Assembly (NCBI GenBank): GCA_036006545.1
Contig: DASYPO010000224.1
Span: forward strand, 1 to 51,014
Direction: 5' to 3'
DNA: 51,014 bases
Source: Bryobacteraceae bacterium
GTDB lineage: Bacteria; Acidobacteriota; Terriglobia; Bryobacterales; Bryobacteraceae
A program made the translations under genes and the position numbers. Below the pieces are notes generated by a model. The model saw nothing but the letters and a program-made list of their open reading frames with translations. It had not been told where the DNA came from and searched no databases. Shown piece after piece: positions 17,494 to 26,623 of the stretch (within the stretch, counting starts at the first letter, position 1; each line of letters opens with the position of its first letter).

Positions 17494-17664
17494 ATGCCGG
17501 GCTGTGAACACAAGCGCACGGAATTCCTGATGCGTCGTGACGGGGTCGATTATCTGACGTGCCTCGACTGCGATCAGGTCTTCGAATCAGATGACCTCGA
17601 GCAGATCCCCTCTTTCGATGAGGCAGAGGAATCGGAGGAGCCGCAACGCAAGCGGGCTTCGTAG
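17494..17664 (+). CDS. possible small Cys/His (zinc-ribbon-like) protein with an acidic tail (56 aa)
   Basis: MPGCEHKRTEFLMRRDGVDYLTCLDCDQVFESDDLEQIPSFDEAEESEEPQRKRAS shows a CxH...CxxC pattern. The tracked ORF is longer (from 17206), but its upstream part looks non-coding. Confidence 0.35.
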   Translation: MPGCEHKRTEFLMRRDGVDYLTCLDCDQVFESDDLEQIPSFDEAEESEEPQRKRAS

Positions 17665-17728
17665 TTATCGCTCGTTTTGGCTGCTGTTCCGAATCGGCGT
17701 TTCGCACCCGTGAGATCCTCGTTAGAGG

Positions 17729-18748
17729 ATGGCAGTTCCCTTGCGCATCGTCTCGATCGGCGGAGGCTCCGGCCTGGCGACCCTGTTGCGCGGGTTGAAG
17801 CGCTACGTCAAAGCCGGCGAGGGCGGGGTTGAGATCACGGCCGTAGTCACCGTTACCGACGATGGAGGCAGCTCAGGCCGCCTGCGCCGCGAATTGGACG
17901 TGCTGCCGCCCGGCGATATTCGCAACTGCATGGTCGCGCTTTCCGAAGACGAGACGCTGCTCTCGCGGTTGTTTCAATACCGCTTCTCGAACGGCCGCGG
18001 TTTGAAGGGTCACAGCTTCGGCAACTTGTTCCTTACCGCGATGTCGCACCTTACCGGCGATTTCGGGCAAGCGGTAAAGCTCTCCTCTGAAGTTCTTGCA
18101 GTGTTGGGGCGCATTTATCCATCGACCGCTTCGAACGTGACGCTCGAAGCCACGCTGGCCGACGGCCGGAAGATCACAGGAGAAACGCGGATCAGCCGCA
18201 GTAGTTCGCCGATCCGACGAATCCAGATGCTACCCAGGCGCCCGCGTCCGCTGGCCGATACACTCGATGCGATCGCCCAGGCAGACCTGATTACACTAGG
18301 GCCGGGATCGCTCTACACCAGCGTGATTCCGAATCTGCTGGTGAGCGGAATCCCGCAGGCCATCGCCCGATCGACGGCGCTGAAGGCATACTTCGTAAAT
18401 CTGATGTCGCAGCCGGGCGAAACGACGGACCTGTCGGCGGCAGAACACGTGGCGGCGATCACGCGGCATTGTGGACGGCTGGACTCACGAAGATTGATTG
18501 ACGTGTGCGTAGTGAATTCGCGCCCCATTCGAGGTCGCGCGCTGGCACGCTATCGCGCGAACGCCGCCCAGCCGGTAGAGAACGATTTTGAAAAACTCCA
18601 GGCCCTGGGCTGCGAAGTCCTGGCGACCGATTTGCTGCGTACCTCGGGCGATCTCTCAAAAGAAAAGATTCGGCACGATCCGAGCGTGCTCGGCGCAGTC
18701 GCGATCAACCTGGCACAACAAGGACAACGGAGGAAGAGCCGAGCATGA
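17729..18748 (+). CDS. yvcK: YvcK/CofD-like gluconeogenesis factor (UPF0052)
   Basis: IVSIGGGSGLATLLRGLK ... VTVTDDGGSSGRLRRE ... PPGDIRNCMVALS ... ITLGPGSLYTSVIPNLLV are hallmark YvcK motifs. The stop overlaps the glmU start (ATGA). Confidence 0.9.
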   Translation: MAVPLRIVSIGGGSGLATLLRGLKRYVKAGEGGVEITAVVTVTDDGGSSGRLRRELDVLPPGDIRNCMVALSEDETLLSRLFQYRFSNGRGLKGHSFGNLFLTAMSHLTGDFGQAVKLSSEVLAVLGRIYPSTASNVTLEATLADGRKITGETRISRSSSPIRRIQMLPRRPRPLADTLDAIAQADLITLGPGSLYTSVIPNLLVSGIPQAIARSTALKAYFVNLMSQPGETTDLSAAEHVAAITRHCGRLDSRRLIDVCVVNSRPIRGRALARYRANAAQPVENDFEKLQALGCEVLATDLLRTSGDLSKEKIRHDPSVLGAVAINLAQQGQRRKSRA

Positions 18749-20136
18749 ACACGACGGTGGTGATTCTGGCAGCAGGATTGGGAACGCGTATGCGCTCGCG
18801 ACGCGCCAAGGTGCTGCATCGCGCGGGCGGGCTGGCGCTGGTGGAGAACGTACTCGATTCCGCTCGAGCAGTCGCGCCGCCGAGTCGCGTAGTGGTCGTA
18901 ACCGGTCACCAGGCGAATCAGGTAGAGGAACTGCTGGGGCCGCAGGGCGTGCGTTTCGTGCGCCAGGTGGAGCAGAAGGGCACCGGCAACGCGCTGGCCT
19001 GCTGCCGCGAGGCGATTTCGAAAAACCCCGGCATGGTGATGGTGCTGTACGGCGATACACCGCTGCTTTCGGGCGATACGCTGCGGCGGCTGCGCGATCA
19101 GCAAGCCAAGTGCAAAGCGGCTGCCACGCTGATCACGACCGACCTACCGGATCCGACCGGATACGGCCGCGTATTGCTCGACAAGAGCGGCGCAGTGACG
19201 GCCATCGTCGAAGAGAAAGCGGCGACTGCGACGCAGCGCAAGATTAAAAGAATCAATTCCGGCATCTATTGCTTTCGCGCCGAGCTGTTGTGGAAGTATC
19301 TGGGCGAAATCAAGCCCAACAAGAAGTCGGGCGAATATTATCTGACCGACATGGCAGAGATCCTGACCAAGCACGGACATCGCGTGGAGCCGTTGCACAT
19401 CGAAGATTCGAGCGAGCTGCTGGGCATCAACACACGGGTCGAGCTCGCCGACGCCGATCGTTTGCTGCGCCGCCGCAAGTGCGAAGAGCTGATGCTTTCG
19501 GGTGTCACGATCGAGCGACCCGAGACGGTCACCATCGACGGCGGCGTGCGGGTGGGACAAGATACTGTGATCGAGCCGTTCGTACGCCTGCTGGGTCCGA
19601 CCGAGATCGGCGAAGAGTGCCACATCGGCGCGGGCGCGATCATCGATTCTTCGGGGCTGGCACATGGGGTGACGGTGAAACCGTACACGCTGATATCGGA
19701 GTCGCATATCGATACCGGCGCTCAGGTGGGACCGTTCGCGCGGCTGCGCATGGACGCGCGAGTGGGGCCGCGCGCCAAAGTCGGCAATTTTGTCGAGCTG
19801 AAAAAAGCCCGGCTCGGCGCTGAGGCGAAGAGCCAGCATCTCGCGTACCTGGGCGACGCCGAGATCGGCGACCATGCGAACATCGGCGCGGGTACGATTA
19901 CCTGTAACTACGATGGCGAGCTGAAGCATCGCACCAAGATCGGGTCGGGCGCGTTTATCGGCAGCAATGCGACGCTGGTCGCTCCGATCGAAATCGGCGC
20001 CGACAGCTACGTGGGCGCGGGCAGCGTCATCACCGATCCGGTTCCGACCGGGGCGCTGGCGCTGGGGCGCGGACGACAGGTAGTAAAAGAGGGTTGGGTC
20101 GCGAACCGGAAGAAGAAAAAACCTACTTCTTCTTAG
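18745..20136 (+). CDS. glmU: bifunctional UDP-N-acetylglucosamine pyrophosphorylase / glucosamine-1-phosphate N-acetyltransferase
   Basis: VILAAGLGTRMRSRRAKVLH nucleotidyltransferase motif, YYLTD, and a C-terminal left-handed beta-helix of hexapeptide repeats (IGDHANIGAGTITCNYDG...). Confidence 0.95.
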   Translation: MNTTVVILAAGLGTRMRSRRAKVLHRAGGLALVENVLDSARAVAPPSRVVVVTGHQANQVEELLGPQGVRFVRQVEQKGTGNALACCREAISKNPGMVMVLYGDTPLLSGDTLRRLRDQQAKCKAAATLITTDLPDPTGYGRVLLDKSGAVTAIVEEKAATATQRKIKRINSGIYCFRAELLWKYLGEIKPNKKSGEYYLTDMAEILTKHGHRVEPLHIEDSSELLGINTRVELADADRLLRRRKCEELMLSGVTIERPETVTIDGGVRVGQDTVIEPFVRLLGPTEIGEECHIGAGAIIDSSGLAHGVTVKPYTLISESHIDTGAQVGPFARLRMDARVGPRAKVGNFVELKKARLGAEAKSQHLAYLGDAEIGDHANIGAGTITCNYDGELKHRTKIGSGAFIGSNATLVAPIEIGADSYVGAGSVITDPVPTGALALGRGRQVVKEGWVANRKKKKPTSS

Positions 20137-20464
20137 GGGCGGTGGGCACCCGCACGACAATCAGTTTTGCGATTTCGCCGTCGTCGCCTGCTACGTAGCG
20201 GACGGTGACGCGCACGCGGGGTCGCAGCTTGCCTTCGACTTTGGTCTCTGGCGTGATCTTGAACTCGCGTTTCTCGGTCTTGCCGAGGACGGTACGTGAC
20301 ACAGTGATCTTCTGCGCGGTGTAGACCTCGACGGTTCCGGCGAAGAACGTAGCGGCGGGCGGGGCGGGCTCGGAATCCTGTGCTTTGGCGCGCGAGATCG
20401 CCGCGGGCGCTGCCACGGCGATGGCCAAAAGGACGCACAGAGACTTGAGATGGCTCAACGTCAC
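20123..20464 (-). CDS. small secreted hypothetical protein (about 113 aa)
   Basis: GTG start at 20464 gives (M)TLSHLKSLCVLLAIAVAAPAAISRAKAQ, a signal peptide, followed by a beta-rich body and a KKK tail. The upstream 320 codons of the tracked ORF run through a repeat element and the antisense of the next gene, so they were rejected. Confidence 0.5.
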   Translation of the reverse strand: MTLSHLKSLCVLLAIAVAAPAAISRAKAQDSEPAPPAATFFAGTVEVYTAQKITVSRTVLGKTEKREFKITPETKVEGKLRPRVRVTVRYVAGDDGEIAKLIVVRVPTAPKKK

Positions 20465-20532
20465 TAGGATACTTAAACCCGAGTCGCGTTTATTACTCTC
20501 TAATATGAATTTTCCTTCACGGACCTGCTGAA

Positions 20533-20685
20533 TTGCGACCAGGGGTCGCGCGCGGGTCAGGGGACCCGCCCTCCACAGGTGCGAATGGAGGGCGGACGCC
20601 CTCGTCCGCAGCCGACGCCCTCGTCGCCCTTCACAACTTGCGCGACCAGGGGGTCGCGCGCGGGTCAGGGGACCCGCCCCCCAAC
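20533..20685. repeat. GC-rich tandem-hairpin element, instance B (composite, in a divergent promoter spacer)
   Basis: The unit gcgaccagggg(g)tcgcgcgcgggtcaggggacccgcc occurs twice in direct orientation (20535-20572 and 20641-20680). Between the copies are cgccctcca-N10-tggagggcg, gcggacg-ccct-cgtccgc and ccgacg-ccct-cgtcg hairpins. Confidence 0.8.
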
Positions 20686-20710
20686 GTGTGCGGGGTGCTA
20701 AGATGCCGCC

Positions 20711-21625
20711 ATGCGAGTTTGGTGGATGATCACGGCGTTGGCGCTGCTGCCCCCTGCGGCGATGGCCTGCAAGTGCGCCACCGAAGGCTCGGTATGCACG
20801 TCGCTCGAAAGCGATGCGGTCTTTATCGGCACCGTGGAATCGATCGAACCGGCCGTGAATCCCTGGGACCCCGCGATTACGTCGCGTCTCGAAAAGCTGA
20901 TTCCCGAGTCGCTGCTGGCGGACAAAACCGCGGCTGGTGTCGCGCGCCTCAAGCGAATTTATCTTCAGGCGCTGCCCGATCTGCCGGCGCGATTCAAACG
21001 CGAACTCGAGAGCGTCACGACCGCGGCCGAGTTCGACGCATTCTGGGAGCGTGTCGCGGAAGAGGGCATGCGCGCGCGTTTCAGGATCGTCGAAACCTTT
21101 CGCGGCTCGGTGCGCGGCATTGCCGACGTATGGACGGAGTTCACCAGCTGCGGCATTCCATTTCAGAAGGGCGAGACGTATCTGGTTTATGCCGGCGCTT
21201 CGAAGAAAAAGGGCGGGCGGCTGGAAACCTCGGTGTGCGCGCGAACCGCGCGGCTGACAGACGCGGGAGAAGATCTGACGTATTTGTATTTCTTCCGAAA
21301 GGGCGGCAGCGGATCCAGCAGGTTGTACGGATTCGTGACGACGTCCGAAGAAAGTTCGCGTGCGACTCGCGCGGAGTCGGTCGTGCAGCCCGCGCCGGGA
21401 CGGATCGTGAAGGTAACGTCGGCGCAAACTTCGCGTTTCGATATCACCGACGCGAAGGGACGATTCGTGCTGGACGGCCTGGAGGAAGGCAACTATCGAG
21501 TCGCAGTTTACGATTCGCCGGGAGATGAGCTGCCAGTCACCGCGCCGCAGACGGTGCAGATCGCCGCGAATTCGTGTACCAATCGTGTGCTACTGGTCCC
21601 GAAGCGTGTCGACCCGCCGAAATGA
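20711..21625 (+). CDS. secreted protein with an N-terminal TIMP/NTR-like module and a C-terminal CarboxypepD_reg-like domain
   Basis: Signal peptide ...LLPPAAMA, then CKCATEGSVCTSLESDAVFIGTVESI. Later motifs FRIVETFRGS, SCGIPFQKGETYLVYAG and LETSVCAR parallel the TIMP N-domain landmarks (CxC, FC..D.VI.A, Y.I..IK.FKG, VCGV.L..G.EYLIAG, ITLC). The tail GRIVKV...ITDAKGRFVLDGLEEGNYRVAV is CarboxypepD_reg-like. Confidence 0.8.
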   Translation: MRVWWMITALALLPPAAMACKCATEGSVCTSLESDAVFIGTVESIEPAVNPWDPAITSRLEKLIPESLLADKTAAGVARLKRIYLQALPDLPARFKRELESVTTAAEFDAFWERVAEEGMRARFRIVETFRGSVRGIADVWTEFTSCGIPFQKGETYLVYAGASKKKGGRLETSVCARTARLTDAGEDLTYLYFFRKGGSGSSRLYGFVTTSEESSRATRAESVVQPAPGRIVKVTSAQTSRFDITDAKGRFVLDGLEEGNYRVAVYDSPGDELPVTAPQTVQIAANSCTNRVLLVPKRVDPPK

Positions 21626-22242
21626 AGCTGCTGGATTATCACCGCCTCTACGACGAAGAAAAAAAATCCTGGGATCTGGCGGGAATCGAAAGCATTGCGG
21701 CGCGTGATGACGCTGCGTTTCCCGCAAAAGTCCGCGAGTTGCTCCCGCGCGAGGACCAACGATTCGACGGCGACCTACAGGACGTGAAAACGGGCGAGCT
21801 GTTCGACCGTTTGTCTCGATTGTGCGGAGTGTACCGCGACGGCACTGCGGCACAACAGGTCTACATCCGCTCTCGCATGACCCAGCGCACGGGCCGCCGG
21901 ATGGAGAGCTTCGGCTTGCGCGCTGCGGTCCTGGGCGCACGGGAAGCGTCCGTCGAGCAAGTCCGCCTGGGATTGACCGGGTTCGCGGTTGCCGACCTCG
22001 CGGGCGGCGATGTGCGCGAAACCCTCATGTCACTTGCCGTGATGTTCGATTGCGCGCGGAAAGCGGGCGGCGATCCCGCAGAGGAATTTAGCGCGGTTGC
22101 GTCGCTCTGCGGCCCGGCGATGGCGGCTGTATTCACCGATTTCGCCAGCCGGCCGCCCGATCTGCAGTCGCTCAGATGCATGGGATGGCACGAGGTGCAG
22201 ACGCCGCAGGGGATCGGGTATCGCCACGGCCCGCCGCGCTAG
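21622..22242 (+). CDS. hypothetical protein (206 aa), translationally coupled to the TIMP-like gene
   Basis: The ATG at 21622 overlaps the upstream stop (ATGA). No family recognised and no signal peptide. Confidence 0.6.
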   Translation: MKLLDYHRLYDEEKKSWDLAGIESIAARDDAAFPAKVRELLPREDQRFDGDLQDVKTGELFDRLSRLCGVYRDGTAAQQVYIRSRMTQRTGRRMESFGLRAAVLGAREASVEQVRLGLTGFAVADLAGGDVRETLMSLAVMFDCARKAGGDPAEEFSAVASLCGPAMAAVFTDFASRPPDLQSLRCMGWHEVQTPQGIGYRHGPPR

Positions 22243-22661
22243 AACGCGGCGCAGACGCCGGCGCTTTCCCACAACACCGATTCCTGCTGGAACATCGCCT
22301 TGTAGCGGTCCACCAGCTCGATCAGCGACTGTTGCGATTTCGATTTTCCGTCGTGCACCACCAGCAACACCTTGGCGCGTTCGCGGCTGATGGTCGCGTC
22401 CGCGGCGCGCCACTGGCCGTCGGCGTCCCAAACGGTAAGCCCGTTGGGGAAGCGCGGGGTCACTTCGTCGCGGAGGTATCCGGCCCATTCGGCGTCGGAA
22501 ATCGCACCGCTGCTGCGCGACATACCGAAATACAATGTGGTACGTACGTGCGACTTGCCGTTTTTGCCGCAGGTGGGCTCGGCCGCGTTGACGCTTTGGC
22601 GGTTCATCGGAATCAGACTCGCTGCTACGAACCCCACCACCACGGCGATAAACGTTCGCAT
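22239..22661 (-). CDS. DUF3574-family secreted protein
   Basis: TLYFGMSRSSGAISDAEWAGYLRDEVTPRFPNGLTVWDADGQWR...ERAKVLLVVH...MFQQESVL matches my memory of the DUF3574 consensus. Start taken at MRTFIAVVVGF (22661). Confidence 0.7.
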   Translation of the reverse strand: MRTFIAVVVGFVAASLIPMNRQSVNAAEPTCGKNGKSHVRTTLYFGMSRSSGAISDAEWAGYLRDEVTPRFPNGLTVWDADGQWRAADATISRERAKVLLVVHDGKSKSQQSLIELVDRYKAMFQQESVLWESAGVCAAF

Positions 22662-22674
22662 CACGTTTGCCTCC

Positions 22675-24117
22675 TCAGGCAAGCATTTTTTGTACGACGT
22701 TACCTTCGACGTCGGTCAGCCGGAAATCGCGACCCATGTAACGATAGCTGAGTTTCGTGTGATCGAAACCGAGCCGATTCAAGATGGTCGCCTGCAAGTC
22801 GTGCACGTGGACTTTGTCTTCGACCACATTGAACCCTAGATCGTCAGTTTTGCCGACAACTGTACCGCCCTTGATGCCGCCGCCCGCCATGAAAATGCTG
22901 TAGCCGAACGGATGATGATCGCGACCGGCATTCTCAGGATCCGACGTGACGCGATTCTCGACCATGGGCGTGCGCCCGAATTCCCCGCCCCAGACCACTA
23001 ATGTCGAATCCAGCAGCCCGCGCTGCTTCAGATCGCGGATCAGCGCCGCGGTAGGCTGGTCGGTAATCGCGCAATTCTTTTTCAATTCCCGATTCAGATA
23101 CGTGTGCTGATCCCAACTGGCATGCATCAACATGACGAAGCGCACGCCGCGCTCGACCATGCGGCGCGCCAGCAGGCAATTGGTGGCGAACGGGCGCGTG
23201 GGTTCCTGGTTGACGCCGTACATATCGAGCGTCGCCGCGGATTCCTTCGAGAAATCGATCAGGTCGGGCGCGGCGGATTGCATGCGAAACCCGAGTTCGT
23301 AAGACGCGATGCGGGAAGCGATCTCGACGTCGCCCGTTTTTTTCAGCCGCTCCTGGTTGAGGTCGCGAAGCACGTCGAGTTCGGCGCGCTGTTGCTGCGC
23401 GGTCACGCCCTCGGGGTTCGACAAGTAGAGAATCGGCTCGGGGCCGCCGCGGAACATCACGCCACCGTAGGCCGACGGCAGAAATCCGGGCGCGAAATTC
23501 GACGCGCCGCCGCTGGTGCCAACGCCCGAGCTGAGCACCACGAATCCCGGCAGGTTTTGCGATTCCGATCCGAGCCCGTATAGCACCCACGCGCCCAGCG
23601 TCGGGCGTCCAAACTGCTGGCTCCCGGTGAATAGCAGCAACTGGCCGGGATGATGATTGAAGGCGTCGGTGACCATGCCGCGGACGAGGCAAATATCGTC
23701 GGCGCAGGAGGCGATGTTGGGGATGAAATCGGAAAATTCGATGCCGCTTTGTCCGTGCGGCTTGAAGATCCGCGGACTGGCGAGCACGGCGGCGCTGGGC
23801 TTAATGAACGCCAGGCGCAGATCCTTGGTCATCGACGGCGGCAGCGATTGGCCGTGATACTTTTGCAGCGCCGGCTTGGGATCGAACAGATCCATCTGGC
23901 TGGGCGCGCCTTCCATGAACAGGAAAATGACGTTCTTGGCTTTGGGCGCGAAGTGCGGCGCTTTAGGTGCGAGCGGATTGGTCGCCGACGCAGTTGAATC
24001 GGCGGCGCGGCCGTCGCCTGCGAGCAGGTTCGCAAGCGCGATGGTTTCGATTCCACCCGCGCAGGTGCGGAAGAAATTGCGGCGGGATTGGATACGGAGA
24101 TAGTCGTGGATGTTCAT
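22675..24117 (-). CDS. DUF1501-family (sulfatase-like) protein with a twin-arginine signal
   Basis: Start at MNIHDYLRIQSRRNFFRTCAGG (Tat-like SRRNFF) at 24117. The tracked ORF's 129-codon extension overlaps the upstream gene and was rejected. The start lies 2 nt downstream of the PSD1 gene stop. Confidence 0.9.
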   Translation of the reverse strand: MNIHDYLRIQSRRNFFRTCAGGIETIALANLLAGDGRAADSTASATNPLAPKAPHFAPKAKNVIFLFMEGAPSQMDLFDPKPALQKYHGQSLPPSMTKDLRLAFIKPSAAVLASPRIFKPHGQSGIEFSDFIPNIASCADDICLVRGMVTDAFNHHPGQLLLFTGSQQFGRPTLGAWVLYGLGSESQNLPGFVVLSSGVGTSGGASNFAPGFLPSAYGGVMFRGGPEPILYLSNPEGVTAQQQRAELDVLRDLNQERLKKTGDVEIASRIASYELGFRMQSAAPDLIDFSKESAATLDMYGVNQEPTRPFATNCLLARRMVERGVRFVMLMHASWDQHTYLNRELKKNCAITDQPTAALIRDLKQRGLLDSTLVVWGGEFGRTPMVENRVTSDPENAGRDHHPFGYSIFMAGGGIKGGTVVGKTDDLGFNVVEDKVHVHDLQATILNRLGFDHTKLSYRYMGRDFRLTDVEGNVVQKMLA

Positions 24118-24119
24118 GA

Positions 24120-26489
24120 CTATTCCCTCGTGATCAGTTCGTCCAGATTGAGAAGAACCCGTGCGACGCCGACCCAAGTGCCGCCCTTCGATCGAAACTG
24201 CTCGATGCGCGCGCGCTCGCTGGGCGACGGATCGCGGCCCACCGTCAATCGGTACGCGTACGCCAGCGGATTGTCGCCGCCTTCGGCTTCGATGCGCTTG
24301 GCCAGCGCCTGCGCGGTTTCGTAGAACACCGGATCGTTGAGCAGGTTCAGCGCCTGCAGCGGCGTATTCGATCGCCGGCGCCGCGCGCACGCGACGTTCG
24401 AATCCGGCTCGTCGAAATTCGCAAGCTGCGGGTAGGGCGCGGTGCGCTGGTAGTGGATGTAGAGGCCGCGCCGGTAGCGATCTGCGCCTGTGCTCTCGCG
24501 CCACTTCACGCTGTTGGCGTAGGACAGCTCGGCGACACCCTTGGGTTGCGGAGGACGAATCCCACGGCCGCCGATGACGGAATTGAGCAGTCCGCTTGCC
24601 ACCAACGCTTGGTCCCGAATCAGTTCGGCGGGCAAGCGCAGGCGAGCTTGGCGAGCGATCAGAGCGTTCTCCGGATCGGACGCCTCAAGATCGGGACGCG
24701 AGTTCGACGATTGCCGATACGCGGCCGACATCACGATCATCTTCTCGATCTTCTTCATGCTCCAGCCGTTTTCGACGAACTCGCTGGCCAACCAATCGAG
24801 CAGCTCGGGATGCGTCGGCTTCTCGCCCTGCGTCCCAAAATCTTCAGAGGTGCGCACCAGGCCGCGTCCGAAAAACTCCTGCCAGATGCGGTTCACTGCG
24901 ACGCGCGCGGTCAGGGGGTGATCGCGCGACACCAGCCAGCGCGCGAAATCGAGCCGGCTCGCATTTGCTCCAGCTTCGAGCGGAGGCAATACCGCGAGCG
25001 TGCCCGGTGATACCGCCTCACCCAGCGTTTTGTAATCGCCACCCAAGCGGAGGTTGGTCGGGGGAATGGTCGGGTCGTCACGCATGGCAGGGGCCTGCGT
25101 GTAGGGCGGGAGCGCGGCAAACAACGCGTCGAGTTTTTCGCGCGCCTCGCGCATTTGCCCGGCGGTCCGCTTGTCCTTCGCATAGTCGGGACCGATGTGC
25201 CCCACGAACCACCCGATCATGCGATCCCATTCGCGGCGCGACCGTTTTGCGGGGTCGTCGCTCAGCAGATGCAGCGCGTGATCGACTGCGGCGCGAAACT
25301 CGGTGGCCTGGAAATCCCATTCGAGATTCAGGCCGGGATTATTATGCGCCTCGCGCAAACGCCGTTCCCAGGGGCCCATCAATTCGCGGACCCAATACTG
25401 TTCGAGAATCTGATCGCGCTTGGCTTGATACTCAGGCGGGGGCGCCTGCTCGCCGGGCAGCGGCGCGTCGATGTCCTCTTCTTCTGCGTGATCGAAGAAG
25501 GCGAACATCTTGTAATATTCCTGCTGCGAAATCGGATCGAACTTGTGGTTGTGGCACTGCGCACAGCCGACTGTGAGACCCAGCCAGGTGGTGGCGACCG
25601 TATTGGTTCGATTCACGATTTGCTCGAACCGCGCCTCGATGCGATCCACACCGGCTTCGCGGTTGGTGAGCGTGTTCCGTAGAAAACCAGTGGCGACGCG
25701 CTGCTCGACACTGGGTTTTTCAAGCAAATCTCCGGCGAGCTGTTCGATGGTGAATTGGTCGAAGGGCTCATCGCGATTCAGCGCTTCGATCACCCAGTTG
25801 CGATAGCGCCAGGCCCACGGGCGCGAGTTGTCTTTTTCGTAGCCGTCGCTATCGGCATAGTGCGCGAGGTCGAGCCACGCGCGCGCCCATTTCTCGCCAT
25901 AGTGCGGCGAAATCAGCAAGCGGTCGACCACGCGCTCGTATGCATCCGGTCGCTTATCGGCAACAAACTCGGCGATTTCCTTGGGCGTTGGCGGAAGTCC
26001 CGTGAGGTCCAGACTCAGACGTCGGATGAGGGTGTAACGATCGGCTTCAGGCGAGGGCGCGATTTTTTCCTTTTCGAGGCGCGCGAGAACAAATCGATCG
26101 ATCGGCGTGCGCACCCACTCGCGCTGTGACACCAAGGGTCGCGGCGGTTTCACCACGGGTTGAAATGCCCAGTGCGTCGATCGCGCGGCAGTAACTGGGC
26201 CAGCAGAGGCTGTGACCCACTGCTGGATTTTGGCGATCTCGCTGTCGCTGAGCCGAGGCCCCATCGGAGGCATGAAAAAACCCTTCTGCGTGCTGGTCAC
26301 CCGATCGAGCACTTTGCTGGCGGCACGTTGCGCCACATCCGCCGAATCCAGCCGCAAACCGCTCATCTGTTGGGTGGGGCCGTGGCAGCCGAAGCAGCGC
26401 TTTTCGAAGATCGGCTTGACGTCCTTGGTGAAGTCCTGCGCGGCGCAGGCGATGCACCAGGCCGAGAAGATCGCGACACGCAGCAGCAT
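24120..26489 (-). CDS. PSCyt1 (planctomycete cytochrome c) - DUF1549 - DUF1553/PSD1 protein
   Basis: Signal peptide, then the heme motif CFGCHG in [25 protein letters not shown] long DUF1549/DUF1553-type body includes [11 protein letters not shown]. It sits in the canonical pairing with the DUF1501 gene downstream. Confidence 0.9.
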   Translation of the reverse strand: MLLRVAIFSAWCIACAAQDFTKDVKPIFEKRCFGCHGPTQQMSGLRLDSADVAQRAASKVLDRVTSTQKGFFMPPMGPRLSDSEIAKIQQWVTASAGPVTAARSTHWAFQPVVKPPRPLVSQREWVRTPIDRFVLARLEKEKIAPSPEADRYTLIRRLSLDLTGLPPTPKEIAEFVADKRPDAYERVVDRLLISPHYGEKWARAWLDLAHYADSDGYEKDNSRPWAWRYRNWVIEALNRDEPFDQFTIEQLAGDLLEKPSVEQRVATGFLRNTLTNREAGVDRIEARFEQIVNRTNTVATTWLGLTVGCAQCHNHKFDPISQQEYYKMFAFFDHAEEEDIDAPLPGEQAPPPEYQAKRDQILEQYWVRELMGPWERRLREAHNNPGLNLEWDFQATEFRAAVDHALHLLSDDPAKRSRREWDRMIGWFVGHIGPDYAKDKRTAGQMREAREKLDALFAALPPYTQAPAMRDDPTIPPTNLRLGGDYKTLGEAVSPGTLAVLPPLEAGANASRLDFARWLVSRDHPLTARVAVNRIWQEFFGRGLVRTSEDFGTQGEKPTHPELLDWLASEFVENGWSMKKIEKMIVMSAAYRQSSNSRPDLEASDPENALIARQARLRLPAELIRDQALVASGLLNSVIGGRGIRPPQPKGVAELSYANSVKWRESTGADRYRRGLYIHYQRTAPYPQLANFDEPDSNVACARRRRSNTPLQALNLLNDPVFYETAQALAKRIEAEGGDNPLAYAYRLTVGRDPSPSERARIEQFRSKGGTWVGVARVLLNLDELITRE

Positions 26490-26504
26490 CGTTGTTATTT
26501 TATA

Positions 26505-26606
26505 GCGGCCGGACCAGGGGGTCCGGCGCGGACCTCACTTGATTCGCCGGCTAAAGCCGCCGCTGCGGGCTGAAGCCCGCGCCACAACAGCCTAAGCCCG
26601 CGCCAC
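26505..26606. repeat. GC-rich hairpin element, instance E (divergent spacer)
   Basis: gccggacc-aggg-ggtccggc (26508-26527), gcgggc-tgaa-gcccgc (about 26566-26581), and the direct repeat aagcccgcgccac twice (about 26572 and 26594). Confidence 0.6.
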
Positions 26607-26623
26607 GGTTCTAGAATCAAGAA

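Noticed and set aside
20465-21427. The upstream 320 codons of the 434-aa minus-strand ORF 20123-21427.
   Set aside because: This part is the translation of repeat element B plus the antisense of the TIMP-like gene. Only the last 113 or so codons, from the GTG at 20464 with a signal peptide, look like a gene.
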